From Trypanosoma brucei (lineage: Eukaryota): 64,000 nucleotides of DNA. Each line of letters starts with the position of its first letter. The first letter of the stretch is position 1. The stretch covers positions 960,001-1,024,000 of the forward strand of contig CP000071.1 in NCBI GenBank assembly GCA_000002445.1, in the 5' to 3' direction. Both the position numbers and the translations under genes were made by a program. This document shows positions 47,953 through 59,300 of the stretch, piece by piece. The notes under the pieces are model-generated. The model made no database searches, was not told the origin of the DNA, and was given only the letters and a program-made list of their open reading frames with translations.

Positions 47953-48351
47953 ATGCTGTGGGGTGCGGTTACCCTCCTTTTCCCTGCAGTTGTCATGTCG
48001 CTTCTTTTCATTACAGCTGGTGTGCCGGATATTAGGCGTTGTTGTATTCACTCGTGTGTCGCCGCTGCTCTCGTCCCTTTAGCGGTATTGGTGGCTATTG
48101 GCATTTCCATCGCTTTAGATCAATGCATTTTGTACCTTCATGAGGCGGCCCGTAGTGCCATACCGCAACCGCCACCGCTCCGTCATGCGCTTCTGCAGCT
48201 GAAACCCGACAGTCTCATGACTCTGTCCTTTCTGGATGTGCAAATTGTGGCAATTTTTTTGTTTGTATCGTACGGTTTGCAAATTCTCTTGTACCACCTG
48301 GTTGACATTGTGCGATACTTGAAAATCTCGCGACGGCGGTTGGTAATGTAG
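47953..48351 (+). CDS. Small hypothetical membrane protein, 132 aa; coding status uncertain.
   Basis: ATG at 47953 follows about 350 nt of pyrimidine-rich sequence. There are three predicted hydrophobic helices. No homology recognised. Confidence 0.35.
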   Translation: MLWGAVTLLFPAVVMSLLFITAGVPDIRRCCIHSCVAAALVPLAVLVAIGISIALDQCILYLHEAARSAIPQPPPLRHALLQLKPDSLMTLSFLDVQIVAIFLFVSYGLQILLYHLVDIVRYLKISRRRLVM

Positions 48352-48977
48352 CAGCAACACTTGAGGTAAGAATGAGAGGAACTTTCGCATAATTGCTGGT
48401 GGGTTTCCTTTGCTTCGTGGGTATAACTGTGTGTATACAACTCTGTGCGTGTCCTTATCCTGGGCGATAATTCTTTCCGTTGTGTTTGCTCTCAAAATGT
48501 TGGAAAGGGTGCGTGGAATTGGGGAGTGGACGTTTTAATTTTGCTTCACATCTTTCAACCCCACCGAAGTGATTATTTAACACGTGACATAGTGCTACCG
48601 ATGGCATAATTTCGGTATAAACCAGCTGCCGCAGAATTTTCATCCAATGTAAGGGTTGTGGCCCTTCTCACTTACTTCTTCAGTCTTTGGTTCTCTTTTT
48701 CTTCTCTCATCGTTATTATTGTCATTGTATTTATTATAACCAAGAGACGCTCTTCTTTTATGCAATTTCAGTGCTGGGCGACAAGGAAGGACGAAAGCAG
48801 TTAGGGAATTAGGGGGCACACGTATACGTACTCGTATACATAAATAAATAAATAAATAAATATATATATATACGGGGCCGTTTGCAAATACATACATACA
48901 TACACCAGAGGTGGAAAGGAGTGAAGAAGGCAAACGTGAGTTGCTAACGAATTACATCATACGCTTAAGTAGCTGTA

Positions 48978-49598
48978 ATGCAGGAGAAGGAGGTGCAGCT
49001 GTATGGTGGAGCCATTACAAGCTCTTTCCCGGCGACTATGGTTGACGTAAGTGATATGCGACAGGTTCCTGACACACAGGAAGTGTACACAGAAGTAGAG
49101 ACAGGCATGTGTATTATCATAGAGCTTTTAGCGAGGGAGCATGAGGTTAGTAATGACAATTGCGGAAATTATTTTTTCATCGACCTTGCAAAGGCCAATG
49201 GCTGCAATACTGAAGGCTACAACCTTAAACCACAACATCAATTACACCCAACCGATTATCCCCTTGTGTCGCAACCACCCTCAGGGTCCGTTGCAGCTAG
49301 TGGCCGGTACTGCACATTTGGTTGTGTCATTAGCGGCCACCAACATATATCGAAATACACAAATGAAAAAGGAAAAGAAAATGATATTCTTGTGGTTATG
49401 TCGGTGTTACGTTTTGAACCACCCATATCAACGGATGTGCTAATCTCCATATCGGCACCTCAGTGGATTCATCCCGAGAGCAGTGAGGCTCGTGTCGTGC
49501 AGAAGTTGCGTAGTGAAGAAGAAGTGACAGCGGTAATGCGGCGTATTCTTCTTTCCTTCAACATAAGAGATTGGGGTCTTTTTGTACCGGAAGAATGA
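48978..49598 (+). CDS. MOG1: Ran guanine nucleotide release factor, MOG1-like (Mog1/PsbP fold).
   Basis: ATG at 48978. The N-terminus LYGGAITSSFPATMVDVSDMRQVPDTQEVYTEVETGMCIIIELL aligns closely with the conserved MOG1/RANGRF N-terminus (LFGGAFSAILP...IDVSDLRPVPDNQEVF...LIVELL). Confidence 0.7.
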   Translation: MQEKEVQLYGGAITSSFPATMVDVSDMRQVPDTQEVYTEVETGMCIIIELLAREHEVSNDNCGNYFFIDLAKANGCNTEGYNLKPQHQLHPTDYPLVSQPPSGSVAASGRYCTFGCVISGHQHISKYTNEKGKENDILVVMSVLRFEPPISTDVLISISAPQWIHPESSEARVVQKLRSEEEVTAVMRRILLSFNIRDWGLFVPEE

Positions 49599-49633
49599 TG
49601 GAAAAGCGGATGCAGAGGATATACATTTTTCCA

Positions 49634-49681
49634 CATATATAATATATATATATATATACATATATATGTGTGTGTGTGTGG
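49634..49681 (+). repeat. Compound (TA)n-(TG)n microsatellite.
   Basis: The sequence atatataatatatatatatatatacatatatatgtgtgtgtgtgtgg. Confidence 0.9.
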
Positions 49682-50208
49682 AGTTTGATTACACATTGTC
49701 GTTGTCGTTACGTTTGTGGTGATCAAAGACAGAAATCGCATCATGGTATCACAGTAGCAGTAGCCACCGTATTGTAACTGTTATTAATGGATGGAATGTT
49801 ACGTTGGCGACGATTTGGCTGCAGTTTCAAAAAAAAAAACTACAACTACAAAAGCGTATTTTGTTTTGTCGTCTCCTTTTTATTTTATGCCGCTCAATTG
49901 CCCTCTGCCCTTGAGAATGTGTAGGGTCGAATCATACGTTGATCCCCTTTATTTTGCTTGCTATTTTTGTGTTAAGCCGAAAAGAGAACAAAAGCACATT
50001 CGAAGAACTGTCAAAGCACGCCCTGTCTTTAAAGGCTTCATATTATTATTGTTATTGTTATCATTAGGAACAATCTAACATTTCGTTCATACTAGTAGGA
50101 ACCGAGGAAAGGATTGAAGGGAATAAATAAAAAAAAAGGAGGAAGATAAAAATCTTCCGAATACTTTAAAGAGGAAAAAAAAAAGGGAAGAGAAAAAGAA
50201 GGGAGAAG

Positions 50209-50937
50209 ATGCTTCGTAAAGTCACTAGCCCATACAAGGTGTCCATCCGCCGCACTGCTGCCTCAGTCACTGCTGCAGATTCAAAAAAGGCAATACTCCG
50301 CCTCATTCGCTTTGACCCGGAAACTAATAAACAGCGCGTGGAAAGTTATGAGTACGACAAACACCATGATTATATGGTGCTCGATCTTATCACCGCAGTG
50401 AAAGCTCATCAGGATCCCACACTGGCTTTTCGTGCCTCATGTTGCGAGGGCGTGTGCGGAAGTTGTGCCATGAACATCAACGGTGTGAACAGTCTTGCGT
50501 GCATTACATTTTCACAGCAAGTTACAACAGTGGGCCCGTTGCCTAACTTTCCAGTTATTAAAGACTTTGTTGTGGACCTCCGGCACTTCTTTCGTCAGTA
50601 CGCGTATATTCGACCCTTCGTACGTAACGTTAACCTCGACCGTAGCCGCCTTGATAACATCGTAGAACGTTATAAAACCATAACAAAGGTTATTCATGGC
50701 GTTCCTTCAGATGATGAGGCGCAACTTGCCCAATTGGAGTCGAAGAGCGGGGCGCAGACGGATGTGATGGCGCTTCTTCAGTTACTTGATGCAGTTTGTG
50801 AGTCTGGAAATGTAACGCATCTCATCCGCACGTTGGAGGCGCTGCAGGAGAGAGGCATGCAACTCGATCAGGGAAAGGTGAAGGCACTTATCGAGGAAAC
50901 GTTACAAAACTACAAGAAGCGGAAACTAGGCGCATGA
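50209..50937 (+). CDS. SDH2N: Succinate dehydrogenase iron-sulfur subunit, N-terminal half only (2Fe-2S ferredoxin-like domain; split SDHB, SDH2N).
   Basis: ATG at 50209. A mitochondrial-presequence-like N-terminus MLRKVTSPYKVSIRRTAAS. The canonical SDHB 2Fe-2S motif SCCEGVCGSCAMNINGVNSLAC is at about 50439-50502. The ORF terminates without any of the CxxCxxCxxxCP [4Fe-4S]/[3Fe-4S] cysteine clusters that follow in an intact SDHB; the C-terminal 100 aa are cysteine-poor. Confidence 0.75.
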   Translation: MLRKVTSPYKVSIRRTAASVTAADSKKAILRLIRFDPETNKQRVESYEYDKHHDYMVLDLITAVKAHQDPTLAFRASCCEGVCGSCAMNINGVNSLACITFSQQVTTVGPLPNFPVIKDFVVDLRHFFRQYAYIRPFVRNVNLDRSRLDNIVERYKTITKVIHGVPSDDEAQLAQLESKSGAQTDVMALLQLLDAVCESGNVTHLIRTLEALQERGMQLDQGKVKALIEETLQNYKKRKLGA

Positions 50938-50997
50938 AAAGGGAATTTGGGTTAGTGTTTATCTAAAGACACAAATATGCAAACATACACATACACG

Positions 50998-51020
50998 GAG
51001 AGAGAGAGAGAGATGGAGAG
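50998..51020 (+). repeat. (GA)n microsatellite.
   Basis: The sequence gagagagagagagagatggagag. Confidence 0.85.
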
Positions 51021-51700
51021 ATTTGTATGCATATATTTTACACGCATATACGGATAAATATGTGTATGAAGGTGTGCGTGCGGTAGCGTGGAAAACGTAT
51101 CGAGAAGTAAGTGAAGGTATAAAACTAGGAGTAGAAAAGGGGAGAAAAACGGTAATTCCTTTTTAATTTTTCGTGTGTGTTGTTTGTTTGTTTTAAAAAT
51201 ACGTCTGTCTTATAACACCGTTATTACTGTCATTACTATCATTACCACCATTACTGATTATTTCTTAGTTTTGCCTAGGTGCAATATTGTTGATGTTATT
51301 GTGAAATAGTGGATGTATATTCTTTTGATTTTTTTTTGTGTGTGTTATATTTCCTGTTCCAAGTTTCCGTTTCAGGGTGCCGAAAAGAAAACGAGGGGGA
51401 AATGAATAATGGGAAACGGCGTGCGTTTACGACTTTTATGTGCGCATGTGCTTATGTTATTGTGGCCACTTGTGAATATATCTCTTCTCACCAGAGGCAG
51501 CAGTACCAACAACGGCAATAGGACGAAAAGAAAAAAAAAAGAGAACAGGTGGAAATGAATGAATGGAGCGGTGTGGGGAAAGAGAAGAGAAAACATTATC
51601 TGCTTTATCTTATCTGGAGAAATCTGGTTTGGTGGCTCTGGGATTTATAGTTCCCTCCGTCCTTTACCGCATTTCTTCTGTTTTCATCCTACTGATCTCT

Positions 51701-51720
51701 TTTTTTTTTTGGGGGGGGGG
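51701..51720 (+). repeat. T10 followed by G10 homopolymer junction.
   Basis: The sequence tttttttttt gggggggggg read directly in the SDH2N downstream intergenic region. Confidence 0.9.
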
Positions 51721-52209
51721 AGGAGGATCCTCATAACTTTCCTAGTGGTTTCAGACATTTTCCCCATGCAAGCGGGGTGGAATATATTCGTGACTTTGTG
51801 CGACAATATATATATATATATATTGGGGGGGAGAGAAATTTGGAACGGGAAAGGGGAGGTTTCTTGTGTCTCTGCACGCATATTAAGACGCTTTTTCTTT
51901 CATCCGTAAAACCTGAAACGAACAAAACAGTCCCAGTGTGTTATACCTTGTATGCTGTTCGTTGTTTTTTTTTTTTCATTTGCACTGTCCAGCTGTTTTC
52001 TCTTTTTTTGAAATCTATCTACACTTTCCGGTTCTGGATTGGCTCTTTTCGTCATTGTTAACTCCCATTTTTTTTTAAATTTTTTTTCAACGTCCGTTTC
52101 ATTCCCATGGCACAGTGAAGTCGCATCAAGGGAACAAGGAAAGTAAAGGTAGAAAAAAAAAAACAACAACACAAAACAACATATAAGGAAAAAAAAACAC
52201 TTTAAGGAA

Positions 52210-52992
52210 ATGGTGAAAATGCCGTCGACCCTATCTGATTTGTTTCCGTTAGCCAAGTGCTCGGTTGCAAGTGCTGTGGAACTCACGCTGCTCATTGGCG
52301 CAGTCGCTGCCTCCACGTATTTAGCTGTGGCGAATTCAGTCTGGAGAGTTTACTGCGGATTAACTTTGGTGTTGTTTGCTGTGTATTGCCTGCGGTTGTG
52401 GCGCTTACTTCCCGGTGAGAAAGAATATTTGGAAATGGAAGCACACAAACTGGCGGATCATATGATGGTGAAGCAGCGCGAGGCGACCGCTACGCAGCAA
52501 ACACTCGTAGGGCAGAGAGGACACGCAACAAATCCCGCACAAACCCCAGCACTTCAACACTCTCACTTTCAAGGTGTAAATCCCATATTAGGGTCTCATC
52601 AATTGCAGCAATTGGCGAGCTCTTTAGCACTTTCGCAGTCTCAGCAGTTCATGAGTTCTATGATGCTTCCGCACCATCAGCAACTTATGAGCTCTGTTGC
52701 TTTACCACCGCTTCAAATTTCCAACTCATTACCCATACCTTTACCATTGCAACAGCTTGCAAACTCCATGGCACTTTCCCAAATGCACCAACCACAGTTT
52801 CATGCGGGGAATCATATGGTAGCACCTCAACAACATCAACGGGAATTAATAACACCACGCATTACGGTTGCGTCTCCACTACCAACACCATCGGTGCTGA
52901 GACAATTCCCGCCGACGGCATTGCGTGAAAACGATGGAGAAGAGCCGCCGCAGAAGTGCCAGATGCCGTATGGTGATGGGCACCTCGGTTAA
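52210..52992 (+). CDS. Hypothetical protein with two N-terminal transmembrane helices and a Gln/Leu/Ser-rich low-complexity C-terminus.
   Basis: ATG at 52210. Two hydrophobic segments in the first 60 aa. Degenerate repeats QQLASSLALSQSQQF / QQLANSMALSQMHQ. No known domain. Confidence 0.45.
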   Translation: MVKMPSTLSDLFPLAKCSVASAVELTLLIGAVAASTYLAVANSVWRVYCGLTLVLFAVYCLRLWRLLPGEKEYLEMEAHKLADHMMVKQREATATQQTLVGQRGHATNPAQTPALQHSHFQGVNPILGSHQLQQLASSLALSQSQQFMSSMMLPHHQQLMSSVALPPLQISNSLPIPLPLQQLANSMALSQMHQPQFHAGNHMVAPQQHQRELITPRITVASPLPTPSVLRQFPPTALRENDGEEPPQKCQMPYGDGHLG

Positions 52993-53832
52993 GTGCATGC
53001 AGTTAATTGTCATTTGATATTCGTGGTTGCACTTGAACGTTTTTATTTTTCTATTTTGCTCAGTACTACTACTATTAATACTACTGCCATTATAATTATT
53101 TATTTATTTATTTACTTTTATCATCGTTTGTTTACACTGTATTTTTCTTATTGCTTTCGTGCACTATCCACCTCTCGGGTTGGTTATCTTCTATTCCTTT
53201 TTAAATCTTCGTGACATTCTTTCGTCTGGTCATAATGATACGAAATAATATTAGTAATAGCGATGCGACTATTGCCCGCACGAGGAAAGCGAAGCGATGG
53301 AAGCTGCGTTGCGTCCAGGTTGTTTACTTTGCTTATTCTGTTCTCCGCTTTTAAGGGACAGCAACAAAATGAAAATGAGAAAGTTATAAACGAAAAGGTT
53401 AACACGAATACATGACACAAATAAATAAATAAATGTATATATATATAGCCGCATATGCCTCCGTATGTGTTATGGAAGGTGATTGTGTAGCTCATGCTGT
53501 TTTTTTTGTTATTTCCTAATGCTGTTGCAACAACCCATGATCCTCAGAGTTTGATCAAATAACCGTAACGTTATGGCGGCTTTCTAAATGCTTTGCCAAC
53601 CGTCAGTGATTGAGTCTCATATAAAGCTCGATGATGTTGCTGCCATTTGTTTTCCTCATTGTTGTCTGTCTTGACTGCTTTATTTATTTTTGCTCGGGAA
53701 GGGATAACCCCTTACCTTTTGCTATCGCAGCTTTTCCCCGTTCTTTTCTGTGAGTCCTTGCCAATCCCATTGGTTAGGTTAAGTGCCGTGTTGATACACG
53801 TACCGGTGGATACATAAGGGTAAAACCGTCTG

Positions 53833-53839
53833 CACACAT

Positions 53840-53873
<34 letters not shown>

Positions 53874-53960
53874 CGATAGACATACGTGCGCGTACGTACA
53901 TATATAGACAGACACAGAGAATATACATACATATATATATATATCTATATATATTTCAGT
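53833..53960 (+). repeat. Compound (CA)n-(TA)n microsatellite block with further TA/CA-rich degenerate repeats.
   Basis: The sequence cacatacacacacacacacatatatatatatatatatat ... catatatagacagacacagagaatatacatacatatatatatatatctatatatat lies directly upstream of the DHHC gene. Confidence 0.9.
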
Positions 53961-53992
53961 TATAAGTAGTGCAACCACTGCGCACTACCAAC

Positions 53993-54886
53993 ATGCAACA
54001 GAACATTCACTCTTTCACACCCACCAACGGGAAGGATCGCTGTAAGTTATGTCTCTCCTATTGCGGGCCCATTTATCTTGTTGTTGTTATTCTCTCTTTC
54101 CTTGGCGCCTATGCGGCATTCTTCATTGGGTTATGCTTGCGATATCCCACTTCATGGAAGTTGGCTGTTTGCATCTCATGTCTGTTCACCGGCGCTGTGT
54201 TGGCTGGCATTTTGATTTTTACCCTGCTTCGGGCGGTCTTCACGCCAGCTGGTTATGTCCCACAGTCGCCGTGGCAATATCCACCACGTTATATCGGTGA
54301 GTGTCCGGGGTTCGTTCCCCCGTCTGGTGAGGGTGTAGGTGAAAATCCCAATACGGTGCGGCAGTTGGATCGTCATAATCAACTGCGCTACTGCACTGCC
54401 TGCAAGCAATTCAAACCAGATAGGGCATACCACTGCGAATCGTGTGAGCGGTGCACATTTGACTTTGACCACCACTGCCCTGTACTCAACAATTGTATTG
54501 GACGTGGCAATTACAAGATGTTCGTTCTGTTTCTTTGCTACGTTCCCATAGTCGGTTGTGTTTTGGGTGGCCTGATGTTTGTGGGTTTCTTTGTAGTGGA
54601 TGAAGCGGAGCCGGCAGTTGCGTGGATGGTGTTCGCGATGATTATGATGATCTTCTGCGCCGTTATTGGTATATTTGGCTGTGTGCATTTGTGTTGGCTC
54701 TGTCGCGGAGAGTCCACCATGGGGCGCCACGTGAGTAGTTTTAACAAACAGCGGGGCCGAAGCAAAGAAGAGCGTGCACGAGAGCGGGAGGAACATTGCA
54801 ATGCCGTGTGTGGAGTGAGGCGAGTGTGGTGGCGTCTTGTCATGCCAGTCTTGCCCCTGCGGGAAGAGGCGGCTTCACTTGTTTGA
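53993..54886 (+). CDS. DHHC-type palmitoyl acyltransferase.
   Basis: The track start at 53969 is GTG; the first ATG is at 53993. Four transmembrane segments. The DHHC cysteine-rich domain CTACKQFKPDRAYHCESCERCTFDFDHHCPVLNNCIG has the DHHC tetrapeptide at about 54468-54479. Confidence 0.85.
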   Translation: MQQNIHSFTPTNGKDRCKLCLSYCGPIYLVVVILSFLGAYAAFFIGLCLRYPTSWKLAVCISCLFTGAVLAGILIFTLLRAVFTPAGYVPQSPWQYPPRYIGECPGFVPPSGEGVGENPNTVRQLDRHNQLRYCTACKQFKPDRAYHCESCERCTFDFDHHCPVLNNCIGRGNYKMFVLFLCYVPIVGCVLGGLMFVGFFVVDEAEPAVAWMVFAMIMMIFCAVIGIFGCVHLCWLCRGESTMGRHVSSFNKQRGRSKEERAREREEHCNAVCGVRRVWWRLVMPVLPLREEAASLV

Positions 54887-56367
54887 GGCTTTTGTTGTTG
54901 TTGTTTTGTAGTGTTGTGACGCGACGTGGGAAGGATGGGGAATCCGAGTGGTAAGAAGCAAATACAAGGTTATATTTGTCATGTACAACTCTGTTTATTT
55001 AGCAGCGTTGCAAATATGAAACTGAGAACACGACGCCTGTTTTTTTTCGTATTATTGTTATTATCATTTCCATTCTGCCTCACTGCTATGTTTGTTTGTT
55101 CTTGTACATAAGCCTGTGTTATGAAAGTTTTCTGTAGGAAGGGGAGGTGCTGCACTTGGAAAAGGGAGTAGTTATTCCTTCCTCTCCTTTTCGTATTTGT
55201 CTCACTTGGCATATGGTCCCTCCACATCCACCCACACATTTCCTCCTTTCCTTCGGCGTACCTTTAGGGGGTCGTCTATGTGCAAATTTATTTCTTTTTT
55301 TATCGATTGCAATTCTAACCCCGGCACGCACATCATTTTTTTTCTTATTTTATTTTGTTCTTACTGTTTTTAGTGTTCTTGACCGAAACACTTCAACGCT
55401 ATTTGGTTTATTTGATGAACCTCCTTTATCATCTGTACTTCATCCATTACTTTCCTTCACTTGGCTTCCAATGAAAGAAACAAACGAATGCAGAAGAACG
55501 GGGATCATGTGGTCTCCTTTATGATGCTTTTGTTTCATTACACCTTTCGGATGCAACTCTGCAGTGGTTAAACAATTTATATTTCAACTGCTGCGTTGAA
55601 GGGAACGGAACCAGTAGAGATGTTAAATGGAGGAGAAGGTTTGGGGTGGGGGGAGGCGTCGCGTTTATTTCGGAACTGGAGAGTGCCATACGCAATTAAC
55701 AAAAAAAAGCAAACTAACAAACTGGTCAAAGAATTTGAGCGGAACGACTTCTTTTTGTTAAAATGGCAAATTTCAATGTGTGTAAACGTGCGTGTTCGGG
55801 CGTGTACTTATGTCTATGAGTGGCTAGAGGGAATCAGTGTGGAAAGACAAAGTACGAAGCTTCGCTTTCGTTTTGTTGTTGTTCTTCCTACCTCATCAAC
55901 TTCCTCCAAAAGTGGTTCCAGACGCGTTAAACATTTTTCACAGGTCTTTTAAACATTTCTCTCTTATCCCCCACTGTTCACTTATTATTATCCTCCCGTA
56001 CATACGTGTATGTATGTGTATTTGCATGTGTATTGCGCTGTGTTTAAATCTACTCAGAAAGTTCATTTATCGCTGCCACTATTCTCCTCCACTTTATTTC
56101 GTTGTTTATGTTATTATCTATCTCCCCCTTTTTAGGCCTTTGTTGTCTCTTTTCTGTTGTGGTTTTGCCGTTGCTGTTGTTGTTGTTTTCCACCGTTTTG
56201 ACCTTAGGGAGGAATCGCAAAGGTGTGGTCGAAAGTAAGGGGGAAAATACCAGAGGACCGAGGAGAGAGAACAGGGTGACAGCAAAATACAAATAAGAAA
56301 AGCTATTTTTTTTTTTTAAAGAGAGGGAGAAAGAAAGAAACAAGGAACTGGTGATATCAACAGAGGG

Positions 56368-59300
56368 ATGAAACAGAAGGAAACCGCCAGCGACATTAAC
56401 GGTGCCAGAAGCTTACAGGGAAGCGCAGGAACAGTTGCATCCCCCAGACCTCCCACCGTGTACAAAACGTATGGCGGTAGTTCCCATTTGCCACTAATAG
56501 GAAGGTTGCAACGGGCTGTGCGCCGTCCAGGTTCCCGCTCTAGATTAACGCTAACTACTTCGGGTAGTTCTGAAGAGCTAACGAACTTAAAACAGCTTTT
56601 GCAGACTCAAAAGGACCGGCTGTCACGACGCTGTCAAATGATAGACGACAGTTTGGAGGATTGCAGTGCTAACAGGGAAAATGGAACGGCAGGAATAGTG
56701 GAAGGGGGGGAGGAGGGAGGTAAAGAGGGAGTCACCTGCCCAGCGATCAGACGGCTAGCAGAACGGATGCTCGGCCACGTTAACCCCGAAACTAATGACT
56801 TGGAGGAGTATGAAGATGAAGAAGAAGAGGAGGACAGCGAAGTGCGTGCATTGGAAGACGATCTGTGCAGACGCGAGGCGAGGTTAAATATCATAAAAGA
56901 CAAGATGAAGCGCTTATGGGTGGAGAAGCAAATATCGCCGGCAGCTGCCGTTCCGCCTCCAGAGCCCACTGTGCTTGCTGCCACTACCGATCAGGAGGTG
57001 ATCGATGTGGCGGAAATGATGTACAAATTCGCCAGTGGGACCAGTAGGGACAATGAGAATGGTAAGGAAAAGATGGAGGGCTCCTCCAGCATTATTGTGG
57101 GTGACCAACAAGTATTTGACGATGGGATATCAGATGCCACAGCAATCTCCATTACAGATTCCCCTGCGACTGTTCGTCCTTCAGGCGCCATCAAAAGTGA
57201 GGAACGGGCATGCCTCGTACCTTTGCGTTCAAGCAGTCTCGGTCGACTGACAAGTGGTGCGAGGGTTTTTATGGATTTGCTTCCAAACATGCGGGATATT
57301 ATAGTGCTCTCTCCTGGTGAGGTCGGTGTAGCCCGCAGGGGAGATATACTTTCAGAAAACCACATTCTCAAGGTCGATTCCCAGGAGGCGCTGCGCTCAC
57401 GCAAGGGGGCAATGGGTATCATCTCCGGTGCACCGTACTTCCGCATGGTCCCCAAACTTAATGTGGCAGGAGTAGGGCAACCGCGCGCCAGTGCCGTTCG
57501 AACGATCGTGAACGAGTTGCGGCGTGTAATGGATGGATTGGTGGTATGGGTAAACCTTCGTGAGGAGCCACTCGTTTACATCAACAATGAGGCTCATATT
57601 GTGCGGCAACGGAGTGACCCCACAACCCCTATTATTATTCCACATGTCACAGGAAAAAGTATTGCCCTGATAGATGATAAACTGAAAAAAGAGGTAATCA
57701 GGGAGGCAAGCGAAAACAGTGGAAACGTCAGCGTGCACATGGAAGGAAAAGATGGCCACATGGAGGACCAATGGGAGAGCGTTGAAAAGGATCAGGTCTT
57801 CACCTTAGAGGAAGTATTCCGCCCACTGAGAACGAACATCGTATACCACCGGCTGCCCATAACACAAAATGTTGGGCCACAGCCAGGAGACTTCGATTTC
57901 GTCTTCGACTTGTGTTCAGATGACCCGAGAAAAATGATCATATTCAACTGTCAGACGGGACGTGGGAAGACCAGTGCCATGATGACCATTGCCAGTATCG
58001 TACGTTTTTACCAGCTGTTTGCTCACGATGCGGTGCTAGACGCTAGTTTGCTTCGCACTGAAGGTCGCTGTTTCAGTTTCCGAACCATCAAAACGATCGT
58101 ATCACTTATTCCAAATGGCAAACTCCATGAGCGACGGCTCCTCGTTCTTCTTGATCTTTCGGACAAGGTTTACTCCATCGCTGATCATATCAACAACGCC
58201 TTCACTTCCGGTACCACACCCGCCGAAGAGGCTATTATGCATCTTAAGCAGTACGCCTACTTCCTTGTGTTTTCATATTACTGCGAGCAACGCATATGGA
58301 GTTTCAGTACCAAACAACCGTTCAGTCAGTGGTTGCTTGGTAATAATGAGATCAAACTGCTCCTGGAAAGGATAGAAACAATGGAGGAGGAATTCAAAGA
58401 GGAACGTATCGCCGCACCGGTAAGCGAGGCTGGTGACTTTGACACGGATCCAGTACGGAAGCGGCGAGGTACTGTGCTCAGCGCCAACCGCATCTTATGC
58501 AGTTTTCCTTTTTTTGCCAGTGGAAAAGAGGAAACGATCGGATCGCTCCGTCAACTGGCACCTGGTGTACCTATATTTACATGTGGTCGCTTGACGGAGG
58601 AGGGACGGCAGTGCGTAGTGAAGGATATGCGCCATTACTTTCCAGGAAAGATTATGTGGCTTAGTCTTCGTGCGGAGCCGATGGTGTTCATCAATGAAAT
58701 GGGTTATACGCTGGTGGATTACGACGTGACCACATATGGGAAGGGTGGTGAAGGGATAACCATGCACACATCGCTTCACGCCATTGAGCAGATGGAAGAA
58801 CGCCTTCGCCGCGATGTCCTTTTGGAGGCCCAGGAACATAAGGGTTACATTTTGTTGCATAATTTTGATGAAACAGGAAAGCGAAAGGCGATGCAAATCA
58901 AAGCGTGCTCTGTTCGGACCCCCAGATCGATCATGACCGACTTCGCCGCTACGTACGATGTGAGTTATTTTCGCATTCCCATCCCACTTTCTGGTGAAAT
59001 GTTACCAAGTGACGTTGATCCGCTTCTGGAGCACTTGAGTAAGAACACGAAGGACACCACAGTTTTTATAATCAACGATACGCAGGGTTCGGTGCGTACA
59101 ACTGTAGCCCTTAACATACTGACGATGTATCGTGTCTCCCGCACTTGTAACCTCCGCTCGATGAGCAACCCAGCAAGGATTGCTGCGGCCCTGCGCACAG
59201 GTAACAGTGATGTTGTGCTACCGCAGGTGGACATAATTGCTTACCAGGGTAGAGTCACTGATAGTGCAACCAGGAATTATAAAGAATTGCAGGTGGCATC

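Noticed and set aside
53820-53960. Spaced short repeats that might be mistaken for a CRISPR-like array or other regular repeat-spacer structure.
   Set aside because: They are compound CA/TA microsatellites without constant-length unique spacers. The genome is eukaryotic, so CRISPR is not applicable.
41-54886. ORF-track starts at 41, 22290, 24604, 26127, 32404, 34764, 37228, 38908, 41098 and 53969.
   Set aside because: Direct inspection shows GTG or TTG at these positions. A eukaryotic nuclear genome requires ATG, so the coordinates were moved to the first in-frame ATG, each located downstream of a pyrimidine tract.
55147-56343. ORFs of 118-133 aa (55147..55524, 55596..55952, 55837..56238 on +; 56050..56343 on -) in the 1.5 kb gap before the paladin-like gene.
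   Set aside because: They overlap one another in different frames and are dominated by pyrimidine-tract or poly-purine translations (L/F/S/P or K/E/R-rich). They look like UTR sequence rather than genes.
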